The notes below the pieces were generated by a model. It did not search any database. It had not been told where the DNA came from and saw only the letters and a list, made by a program, of their open reading frames with translations. A stretch of 64,000 nt of DNA from Candidatus Parcubacteria bacterium (GTDB lineage Bacteria > Patescibacteriota > Patescibacteriia > Patescibacteriales > UBA12075), in the NCBI GenBank assembly GCA_963814275.1, contig CAWFCE010000002.1, positions 1,195,263 to 1,259,262 of the forward strand, read 5' to 3'. Below are positions 27,703 through 34,800 of the stretch, one piece after another. Both the position numbers and the translations under genes were made by a program. Each line of letters begins with the position of its first letter. The stretch's first letter is position 1.

Positions 27703-27842
27703 ACAAATTGCCAAAATTAATTTAAATAGCGGAGGAGGCTTTTTATTACTCGCTCCACTCCGTTCCGCGCCGCGCTGCGCTCTCACCCTCAAATTTTATG
27801 ATTATTAACTTTAATAAGGTATAAAATTTGAGTCTTCGGGGC

Positions 27843-27941
27843 GTATAACAACGCGATATACGGTTCGGCCCTCGGCCCGGGCCTCACCCAAATTGCAATC
27901 CCCTTCGGGTCTTGCAACTTCGTATATCGGTGATGTTGTGT
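27843..27941 (+). repeat. attC-like site 2
   Basis: Degenerate R'' GTATAAC; CGATATACGG / CGTATATCGG stems; GGTTCG; H1 GGCCC-TCG-GCCCGGGCC; CACCCAAATT; H2 GCAATCCCC-TTCG-GGTCTTGC; ACTTCG. R' is GTTGTGT (27935-41). Near-identical to site 14 except for H2. Preceded by an extra hairpin module at 27749-27842. Confidence 0.7.
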
Positions 27942-28006
27942 GAAATAATTAAATTATTTTTGCTCCGCAAAAATTGTTAGGGCAAATTTATTTAATCTTT
28001 AATCTT

Positions 28007-28456
28007 ATGAAACTCTATCATGGTTCACCAAATAGTTTTGATACAATTCGTAAAAGTCAGGCGCAAGCAGGTGATGATATTAAAGTGCCAGATGATGAAT
28101 TATTAAACGCGATTTATTTAACCCCAAATTATGAATTTGCTTTGGCCATCGCTTCGATGCCGGAAGGTGCTGCCAACATCGACAATGAAACCAAAACAAT
28201 CAAGTTTGAAAATCCTGAAGCATTCGACCCAGAAAAAGAAGTTTATATTTATGAAGTTGATAGTGAATTAATCCCGAAAGAAAATTTAAAAGAAGTTGAC
28301 GAGCTTCAAATTGCGATTTTAAACACCGATGAAATAAAGCCAACAATAAAACATGTTTGCAAAGCTGGTGATGTTGAGAAATATTATGAAATAAAAAAAG
28401 AAATTTTAGAGGCTAAAAACGAAACTAAAATATCACCTGAGTTCAAGATTAAATAA
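28007..28456 (+). CDS. hypothetical protein (cassette 3)
   Basis: ATG at 28007 (MKLYHGSPNSF). The track start at 27974 lies in the inverted repeat GGGCAAATTTATTT. Confidence 0.5.
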   Translation: MKLYHGSPNSFDTIRKSQAQAGDDIKVPDDELLNAIYLTPNYEFALAIASMPEGAANIDNETKTIKFENPEAFDPEKEVYIYEVDSELIPKENLKEVDELQIAILNTDEIKPTIKHVCKAGDVEKYYEIKKEILEAKNETKISPEFKIK

Positions 28457-28500
28457 ATTTGCCCTAACAACTCGCTATCGCTCGTTAATTTAATTACATC

Positions 28501-28627
28501 ACACAACACCGCGATAAACGGCTCGGTCTTTATTCAAAGACCTCGCGCAAATTTCTGTTTTCTCTTTTGTGATTAATTTAATAATGTAGAGAAGACAGAA
28601 ACTTCGCTTCATCGGGAAACATTATGT
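28501..28627 (+). repeat. attC-like site 3
   Basis: R'' ACACAAC is the reverse complement of the upstream GTTGTGT. CCGCGATAAACGG / CGCTTCATCGGG stems with conserved bulges; GCGCAAATT; long H2 with an ATTAATTTAATAAT loop; ACTTCG. R' is ATTATGT. Confidence 0.72.
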
Positions 28628-28686
28628 GAAATATGTTTTTACTCTTGGGCTAACGCCCCAACTTTTATATAATAAATTTAATTTTT

Positions 28687-29136
28687 ATGAATAACCTAAA
28701 ATATACGAAACCACTAAACATTTTTTTGCTTTTAGTAGCTATTGTCTTATTAGCTGGTTGCTCAAATAAATATTTTGAAAAAAATTTGGAGTGCGAGAAA
28801 CAAAAAGACATGCTTCAATACAACAGCGATAATTACAGCAAGGATACCAACACAATTATCAGTAAAATTCAAAAAGTATTTTACAGTCCAAAAGCAAAAA
28901 AATGTTTGTATGTTAGTGTCTCTGCAATCGATTTTAATTCGCCTAATAATATGACTGCTCTAACACAGAAAGACTATTCAGACGGAGCAAGATGGAAGCT
29001 CCGGACAATTTCAGGCGAATTAGTTGAAGATTTGCTAATTAACACTGAAGATGAAAAAATGGCTGTTTTTGGAGCAGAGCCACAACATACAGATTCATAT
29101 GAAGAATTTGAAAACCTTGTTAAAAAATGGGAATAA
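28687..29136 (+). CDS. putative lipoprotein (cassette 4)
   Basis: 149 aa. Signal peptide with lipobox LLAGC. Confidence 0.55.
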   Translation: MNNLKYTKPLNIFLLLVAIVLLAGCSNKYFEKNLECEKQKDMLQYNSDNYSKDTNTIISKIQKVFYSPKAKKCLYVSVSAIDFNSPNNMTALTQKDYSDGARWKLRTISGELVEDLLINTEDEKMAVFGAEPQHTDSYEEFENLVKKWE

Positions 29137-29200
29137 AAAATTAAATTTATTATATAAAAGCAATTCCGCATAAGCGGAATTAAGAGCAAAAACATACATC

Positions 29201-29657
29201 ACATAACAATGAATATGCGGTTCACAAATTAAAAATTATTCCTTATAATTATCAAAATATATGAAAAAAATATTAGTATTCGCGGTCGTTGTCTTGTTAA
29301 TAATTTTAGTGTTTAGCTGGTGGAATAAATCCCCAGAAGCTACATGGCAGGGTTCCTATTACAAACACGGACAACAAGAAAACGAAGTGTATGGACCAAT
29401 TTTTACTAATTTTGATGGCTGTAAAGCGTGGGCATTAGGAAAAATAGTTTATAACGACGACACAGCTAACTGTAGTAAAAATTGTCATGACGCTTTGGGA
29501 GACGGCACCCCTGTGTGTGAGGAAGTTGTTAGAAATTGGGCACCGCTTCCGGGCAGTTACACTTTTGATAATTATAAGGAATAATTTTTAATTTGTTCAC
29601 CCAAATTTTTGTTCCGCTTCGCTACACAAAAACTTCGCATATTCATAAACGTTAGGC
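29201..29657 (+). repeat. attC-like site 4, split by a nested cassette (29225-29595)
   Basis: R'' ACATAAC matches the upstream TTATGT. L'' AATGAATATGCG (29208-19) pairs with L' CGCATATTCAT (29636-46). The insert is flanked by GTTCAC (29220-25 and 29595-600) and sits immediately 5' of CCAAATT. R' is GTTAGGC (29651-57). Confidence 0.72.
29261..29584 (+). CDS. small secreted/TM-anchored Cys-containing protein (nested cassette)
   Basis: 107 aa with an N-terminal hydrophobic helix. The ORF is bracketed by a perfect 32-bp inverted repeat (29225-29256 / 29564-29595), whose right arm encodes the last 6 codons plus the stop. Confidence 0.55.
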   Translation: MKKILVFAVVVLLIILVFSWWNKSPEATWQGSYYKHGQQENEVYGPIFTNFDGCKAWALGKIVYNDDTANCSKNCHDALGDGTPVCEEVVRNWAPLPGSYTFDNYKE

Positions 29658-29689
29658 GAAATAAATTTTTCGCTACTAATTTTAAACAT

Positions 29690-30283
29690 ATGAAAAAATT
29701 CTTTTTGGGCTTCGCAAGCTCGTTATTAATCACAATTCCCCTGATCGCTTTTTCTGCTGATTCACTGTCTACAAAACTAAAAGGAAAAATTTTGTTAGCA
29801 GTAGAAGATAAGGGTAAAACTTATTATGTCAATGAAGATGGAAACAGATACAGAATTACTGTTTCTACTGCACAAAAAATATTTGAAAAACTTGCATTGG
29901 GCATTACAAATGAAAATTTAAGTCAAATTCCAGAAAGTAACGTAGGTATCGACCCAGAAGAAAACAGCACCCAGGAAAATTGTGCTGCGCAAGAATCAGA
30001 ATTAAATGATTGGAAGAATTTGAATACAAAAAATGAAAATACCCTCAGTTCTTGCCTTAACACCCTCACTAGCTTGAAGGATTCTTATGCAGACCTAATT
30101 AACAAATACGAAGATTGCATAGGTGAGTGCAATTATGGCCCTACAGTTGATGCACTCATCGCCCAAAATAACGAGCTTGCTAAACAAAATGATGAACTTT
30201 TAGCTATATCTATTTACTGGGAAAATAGTGCTAACACATGGAAGGCTTACGCATATGGTTGCACTGGCTATACTAGTCAATAA
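29690..30283 (+). CDS. secreted protein with KGKILLxVExxGxxYYV motif (cassette 6)
   Basis: ATG at 29690 (MKKFFLGFASSLLITIPLIAFS signal peptide). The track start at 29609 reads through attC-like site 4. Confidence 0.55.
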   Translation: MKKFFLGFASSLLITIPLIAFSADSLSTKLKGKILLAVEDKGKTYYVNEDGNRYRITVSTAQKIFEKLALGITNENLSQIPESNVGIDPEENSTQENCAAQESELNDWKNLNTKNENTLSSCLNTLTSLKDSYADLINKYEDCIGECNYGPTVDALIAQNNELAKQNDELLAISIYWENSANTWKAYAYGCTGYTSQ

Positions 30284-30336
30284 AATTAGTAGCGAAAAAT
30301 TTACTCAAGGGTTCGCTCCTTGAATCCGCTCACCTC

Positions 30337-31028
30337 GCCTAACGCGGCGTATCTGGCTCCGCTGGCCGTAAAATAATTAATTTTTTTATGACGATATTAA
30401 AGCCCAGAAATAAACCTGGCTCAAATAGTTTGCAAAACAGATTAGGTGGAGCAGTTTATAATTTTCTGGACAAAGCAAAAAATAATGATAAATTTTTGTT
30501 AGACTACGAAAGGATTAAAGGTAAATGTACCTCTGGCAATTGGCAAATTAATGATTATTCTCCAATACTTTTGCCATTGGTTAAATACTATGAAAATAGC
30601 TTGTGGTTTATTTGTGATAAATTAGGCATATTTAACCAGATTAATGACGGCAAAAAACCCCATAGCTTAAGGGCATTTTTCGACACAAAAGAAACAGAAA
30701 TAAATATTTGGCTTTCTTCAAAAATTAATGATAATCTTAAATATAAAAAATTGTCCAGAAAATTATTTTCAACAATCGACGATTATGTTCAGAGAAATGA
30801 AGTTGTTCATTGCAACGAAATCATATCCTTTCCCGATTTGAGCAATTACGATAGTTTGCTTACTAAATTAAAAGAATTAGTTGAACTTTTATTTAATCAC
30901 AATTTATTACAAAAAAATTAATTATTTTACTAGCTCCGCCCAAATTTCGTTTCCGCTTTTTGTTGGCGCATCCGCGCAATTATAACAAAAAGCTACAACG
31001 AAACTTCAGATACGCCGAAATGTTATCG
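30337..31028 (+). repeat. attC-like site 6, split by a nested cassette (30363-30932)
   Basis: R'' GCCTAAC is the reverse complement of the upstream GTTAGGC. L'' GGCGTATCTG (30346-55) pairs with L' CAGATACGCC (31007-16). The direct repeat GCTCCGC occurs at 30356-62 and 30933-39, the latter abutting CCAAATTT. R' is GTTATCG (31022-28). Confidence 0.72.
30388..30921 (+). CDS. hypothetical protein (nested cassette)
   Basis: 177-aa ORF flanked by the 20-bp inverted repeat GTAAAATAATTAATTTTTTT (30368-87 / 30911-30). Confidence 0.5.
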   Translation: MTILKPRNKPGSNSLQNRLGGAVYNFLDKAKNNDKFLLDYERIKGKCTSGNWQINDYSPILLPLVKYYENSLWFICDKLGIFNQINDGKKPHSLRAFFDTKETEINIWLSSKINDNLKYKKLSRKLFSTIDDYVQRNEVVHCNEIISFPDLSNYDSLLTKLKELVELLFNHNLLQKN

Positions 31029-31120
31029 GAAATAAATTTTTTATCTTGGTGGTAATTTCAAGGTTTGCGCGTTTTGCCAAGACGAAAATTTGATTTTTTA
31101 TTTTTTAAAGAGGGGTAATT

Positions 31121-31609
31121 ATGAAATTAACCAAAGAAACTACCTCGGAAAAACTTCTTGATTTTGGCAAACAGATTTTCGAGATTTTACAAAGACTAGA
31201 TACCTCACCAATCGTTTACGGTAGTTTGGCATATTTTTATCATACGAAAGATACTAGTTTCCCGATTAGAGACATTGATTTGCTTTTGCCAGAATCAAAT
31301 TTTTCAAAAATATCTGAAATGCTCGACAAAGAAAAAAATGTCACATACAATGTGATGCCATATCATAGTATAGAGGTATTCAGAGACGGTCTCGAAATCG
31401 ACATCGATTCTATCGAACATTTTTTAGATCCGAGATCTAGAGAATTTCATAAATCAACGATAAACGACCTCGATTTGAATATTTTAAATAAAGAGTCCTT
31501 GGCAAGCATTTACAAAGAAGCCTTGGATAACATGCCGCAAGAGAAAAAACTCGATGAAAAAAGAAATAAGTATCAAAAGAAGTTAGACAATCTCCAAAAA
31601 TTACTTTAA
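31121..31609 (+). CDS. hypothetical protein, possible minimal nucleotidyltransferase fold (cassette 8)
   Basis: 162 aa with SD AAGAGGGG. YGSLAYFYH...IRDIDLLLPE resembles the GS...DxD motif of Pol-beta-type nucleotidyltransferases; this is a weak call. Confidence 0.4.
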   Translation: MKLTKETTSEKLLDFGKQIFEILQRLDTSPIVYGSLAYFYHTKDTSFPIRDIDLLLPESNFSKISEMLDKEKNVTYNVMPYHSIEVFRDGLEIDIDSIEHFLDPRSREFHKSTINDLDLNILNKESLASIYKEALDNMPQEKKLDEKRNKYQKKLDNLQKLL

Positions 31610-31734
31610 TAAGGAGTTTTTATTTTTGGCCATTCACCCCTACCCCTCTGGCCAAAAATAAAAACAAAAAATCAAATTTTCTTTTAACGTAGAAAAGCTA
31701 TCGGCCAGTAGCATGGAGATAAAAAATTTACATC

Positions 31735-31921
31735 CGATAACACGGCACATGCGGTTCAGAAATTTCTCGTTTTTTAGACTTTTCAATTAAGGTATGAGAA
31801 ATTTCCTCTCCCAAATTGCGCTGACTATATGGAAAGTTTAGTGGTATAATCAAGTTAAGCGATAATCAATAATTTTATCAATAAATAACGGCGCAACTTC
31901 GCATGTGCCGATACGTTAAAT
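31735..31921 (+). repeat. attC-like site 8
   Basis: R'' CGATAAC is the reverse complement of the upstream GTTATCG. GGCACATGCGG / CGCATGTGCC stems; GGTTCA; H1 GAAATTTCTC...GAGAAATTTC; CTCTCCCAAATT; long H2; AACTTCG. R' is GTTAAAT (31915-21). Confidence 0.72.
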
Positions 31922-32016
31922 GAAATTGGCTAATTGTTTAGTGTACACCATAGATGACACTATAGTGTACACTAATGTGGTAAATCAAAGTTAATCGCGA
32001 GCCAACTTCACTTAAC
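31916..32016 (+). other. conserved ORF-less cassette, copy 1 of 3
   Basis: GAAATTGGCT...TTAATCGCGAGCCAACTTC-ACTTAAC with internal palindrome TAGTGTACAC-N16-GTGTACACTA. Homologous copies are at 59441-59542 and 61297-61396. Confidence 0.6.
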
Positions 32017-32534
32017 AGGTGATATGCGGTTACAATTAAGGAAATATAGAATATAATTTTTACTAAAAAAATCCCCACGAACTGAATCGCAGGGACACGT
32101 TGGTTTTAGTCCATCTTTGGAAATTACACAATAAGGATTTTTGCTCTGCCTTCGACATTGTGAAAACCGATAAACACAGTATTGCGTCCGGTTTCCTTTA
32201 AACGTTTCAATGCTAACACGGCAGCTTCGGTACCAACGGTTTTTTCAAAATCTGATATGAGCTTTATGGCATCATCAATCGGATAATCATCAACTTCCAC
32301 TCCAACCATTGGTCCGTGCTTTTCTGGGTCATATTCTGATATCGGCGCTGTCTTTAATTCCATATTCCCTCCTTTTTATGAATTGTTGCTAGAAACTTAG
32401 CACGTGAATGCCAAAAACGCAAGTAAAAATTATTTTCTATATTTCTTTAATCTCCACCCAAATTCCTGCCCCTCTTTTTAGGATAAATTAATAATGAGTC
32501 GGGGCAGAAACTTCGCATATCAAAAATGTTAGGC
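32010..32534 (+). repeat. attC-like site 9, split by a nested reverse-oriented cassette (32034-32451)
   Basis: R'' ACTTAAC. L'' GGTGATATGCG (32018-28) pairs with L' CGCATATCA (32513-21). ACCCAAATT and the H2 stem CCTGCCCC...GGGGCAG follow. R' is GTTAGGC (32528-34). This is a paralog of the array 2 site at 59536-60215. Confidence 0.7.
32124..32363 (-). CDS. hypothetical 79-aa protein (reverse-oriented nested cassette)
   Basis: Strong SD (AGGAGGG) 7 nt upstream of the ATG on the minus strand. The cassette is bounded by a roughly 29-bp inverted repeat (32034-63 / 32423-51). Confidence 0.55.
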   Translation of the reverse strand: MELKTAPISEYDPEKHGPMVGVEVDDYPIDDAIKLISDFEKTVGTEAAVLALKRLKETGRNTVFIGFHNVEGRAKILIV

Positions 32535-32559
32535 GAAATTTATTTTCAATTTAAAATTT

Positions 32560-33396
32560 ATGAGTTCGGATACTATAACCAATTACTACGATTACACCCT
32601 GCCATTTTATAGATTTTTTTATCACGGCAAGAGCAATGCCGTTCATTATGGCTTTTGGAACAATGGAGTTAAAAATCACCAGGAAGCTTTATTGAACGTA
32701 AATAAATTTTTGGCTGACACGGTTAAGATAAAATCAGATGATAGTGTTTTAGACGCGGGTTGCGGAATTGGAGGTAGCGCGATTTGGCTGGCACAGAATT
32801 ACAATGTTCGAGTTGATGGCATAACCATAAGTGAAAAACAGTTAGAGGAAGCCAAAAATTTATCTACCAAATATAATGTTGACCATATCGTAAATTTTTA
32901 TCAAAGAAATTTTTTAAATACCAAATTTAACGATAGTTCCTATAACATAGTTTTGGCGATTGAAAGCGTGTGCCATGCCGAGAACAAAAAGGACTTTATC
33001 AAAGAAGCGTACCGGGTACTTAAAAACGGCGGACGATTGATTGTTGATGATGGATTTCTTTTGCGAAGTCCGAAAAATAAACACGAGCAAAAAGATTTAA
33101 ATGCATTTTTAGAGGGCATGGCACTCTCCAATCTTGCTTTTGAAACAGACTTTAAAAAATCTCTTGAAGATGTTGGATTTAAAAATATAAAAATTTACGA
33201 CAAGGTCAACGAAACGATTCCTTCTTCAAAAAAAATCTATAAAATGTCAATTTTTAGTTATCCTTTATCTATAATTCTCGAAAAACTAAAACTTACACCA
33301 CCATTATTAACCAAAAATAATTTAGCGGGAATAACACAATACAGGATAATTAAAAATGGGATAATGGGACACCGAGTATTTTACGCTGAAAAATAA
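32560..33396 (+). CDS. class I SAM-dependent methyltransferase (cassette 11)
   Basis: 278 aa. Motif I VLDAGCGIGGSAIWLA; post-I and motif II/III spacing (LKNGGRLIVDD). Confidence 0.8.
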   Translation: MSSDTITNYYDYTLPFYRFFYHGKSNAVHYGFWNNGVKNHQEALLNVNKFLADTVKIKSDDSVLDAGCGIGGSAIWLAQNYNVRVDGITISEKQLEEAKNLSTKYNVDHIVNFYQRNFLNTKFNDSSYNIVLAIESVCHAENKKDFIKEAYRVLKNGGRLIVDDGFLLRSPKNKHEQKDLNAFLEGMALSNLAFETDFKKSLEDVGFKNIKIYDKVNETIPSSKKIYKMSIFSYPLSIILEKLKLTPPLLTKNNLAGITQYRIIKNGIMGHRVFYAEK

Positions 33397-33419
33397 ATTT
33401 TAAATTGAAAATAAACATC

Positions 33420-33573
33420 GCCTAACACCGCGATAAGCGGCTCCAGAAAAGTTCCTTAATTAAATATAATAATGAGTAAACTTTTCTTCCGACCCAAATT
33501 TCTATTTTTCTTTTCTTATTAATTTTAATATTGAAAAAAAATAGAAACTTCGCTTCATCGGGAAACGTTGTGT
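33420..33573 (+). repeat. attC-like site 11
   Basis: R'' GCCTAAC is the reverse complement of the upstream GTTAGGC. CCGCGATAAGCGG / CGCTTCATCGGG stems; GGCTCC; H1 33445-87; CCCAAATT 33493-500; H2 33501-45; AACTTCG 33546-52. R' is GTTGTGT (33567-73). Confidence 0.75.
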
Positions 33574-33639
33574 GAAATAATGTCCTTAAACAAAATATTT
33601 TAGGTGGTGCTAATTCAAAAGAAAAAGGAGGGAGGTATT

Positions 33640-33852
33640 ATGGTAATCATCAATAAACTTGGCAGATTATTAAAAGACCATTCAGAAACTTTTATTCTTT
33701 TTTTAGCGGGTATAATATTAACCCTATACGGGATTTTGAAAGCATTGCCTTTTATTGATTGGGCGCAGAAAGGTCAATTTTCGAGTGAGTTTACTATTTT
33801 ACTTGGAATACTTCTGCTATTCTTTGGACTTCGTTCATTATTAAACAAATAA
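33640..33852 (+). CDS. small two-TM membrane protein (cassette 12)
   Basis: ATG at 33640 preceded by AAGGAGGGAGG. 70 aa. Confidence 0.55.
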   Translation: MVIINKLGRLLKDHSETFILFLAGIILTLYGILKALPFIDWAQKGQFSSEFTILLGILLLFFGLRSLLNK

Positions 33853-33955
33853 ATTGATTATTCTCGCGGGGAACACTTTCCCCGCACCACCTAAAATATT
33901 TTGTTAGCTTCTATTCAGAAGCTGTTTGCTCAATCGCAAACAAGGACATTACATC

Positions 33956-34073
33956 ACACAACAACGCGACAAGCGATTCGGTCTTTATTCAAAGACCTCA
34001 CTCAAATTTTTGAAATGATTATTAACTTTAATAATGAATTTCAAAAACTTCGCTTCGTCGGTATACGTTATAT
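33956..34073 (+). repeat. attC-like site 12
   Basis: R'' ACACAAC is the reverse complement of the upstream GTTGTGT. H1 GGTCTTTATTCAAAGACC; CACTCAAATT; H2 TTTGAAATG...ATTTCAAA; ACTTCG. R' is GTTATAT (34067-73). Confidence 0.72.
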
Positions 34074-34090
34074 GAAATTAAAAATTCCCT

Positions 34091-34603
34091 ATGAGCATTA
34101 AACAAGATTGGAAAAGTCCCAAAGTTGATATAAAAGATAGTCCGATTGGAGGAAAAGGCATTTTTGCTAATTCCAATATTAAACGAGGTGAAAAAATCAT
34201 CGTCTGGGGAGGAAATTATACTGATGCTGTTGGTGCGCAAAAAGCAAAAGAAAAAGGTATGCTAGTATTTCAATGGGACGATGACCTTTATAGCTACGAA
34301 GATAGAGGGAAAGACGATGGGTACTACATAAACCATTCCTGTAACCCTAATCTATGGATGACAGATGCATACACTTTAACAGCTATGAGAGATATTAATG
34401 CTGGTGAAGAAATTACAATAGATTATGCGTTGTTCGAGGAAGATGATTATATTTCAAAATGGAAATGCAACTGCGGTTCATCGTTATGCCGCGGCCGGGT
34501 TACAGGAGAGGATTGGAAAAGCATAGTGCTACAAAAACGCTATAAAGGACATTTTTCACCTCTCTTAAATAAACGGATCCAGAAATTACAAGATAATAAA
34601 TAA
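34091..34603 (+). CDS. SET domain protein (cassette 13)
   Basis: 170 aa. YINHSCNPN and EEITIDY SET motifs plus the post-SET CNCGSSLCRG. Confidence 0.8.
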   Translation: MSIKQDWKSPKVDIKDSPIGGKGIFANSNIKRGEKIIVWGGNYTDAVGAQKAKEKGMLVFQWDDDLYSYEDRGKDDGYYINHSCNPNLWMTDAYTLTAMRDINAGEEITIDYALFEEDDYISKWKCNCGSSLCRGRVTGEDWKSIVLQKRYKGHFSPLLNKRIQKLQDNK

Positions 34604-34627
34604 TTCACGGCGGGAATTTTTAACATC

Positions 34628-34772
34628 ATATAACACCGCGATAAGCGGTTCCAGAAAATTTCCTTTATTAATGATAATAATGAATAAAATTTTCTTCCAC
34701 CCAAATTTTGCAAATGAATATTAATTTTAATAAGGTATTTGCAAAACTTCGCTTCATCGGGAAACGTTAGGC
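34628..34772 (+). repeat. attC-like site 13
   Basis: R'' ATATAAC is the reverse complement of the upstream GTTATAT. Same family as sites 3, 11 and 17. R' is GTTAGGC (34766-72). Confidence 0.75.
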
Positions 34773-34800
34773 GAAATAATTTATCAATAATTAAATTTCT

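Noticed and set aside
32124-32363. Reverse-oriented cassettes as toxin-antitoxin pairs.
   Set aside because: Each reverse cassette contains only one plausible ORF, and no second small gene or recognisable TA motif is visible. The idea is kept only as a hypothesis in the findings.
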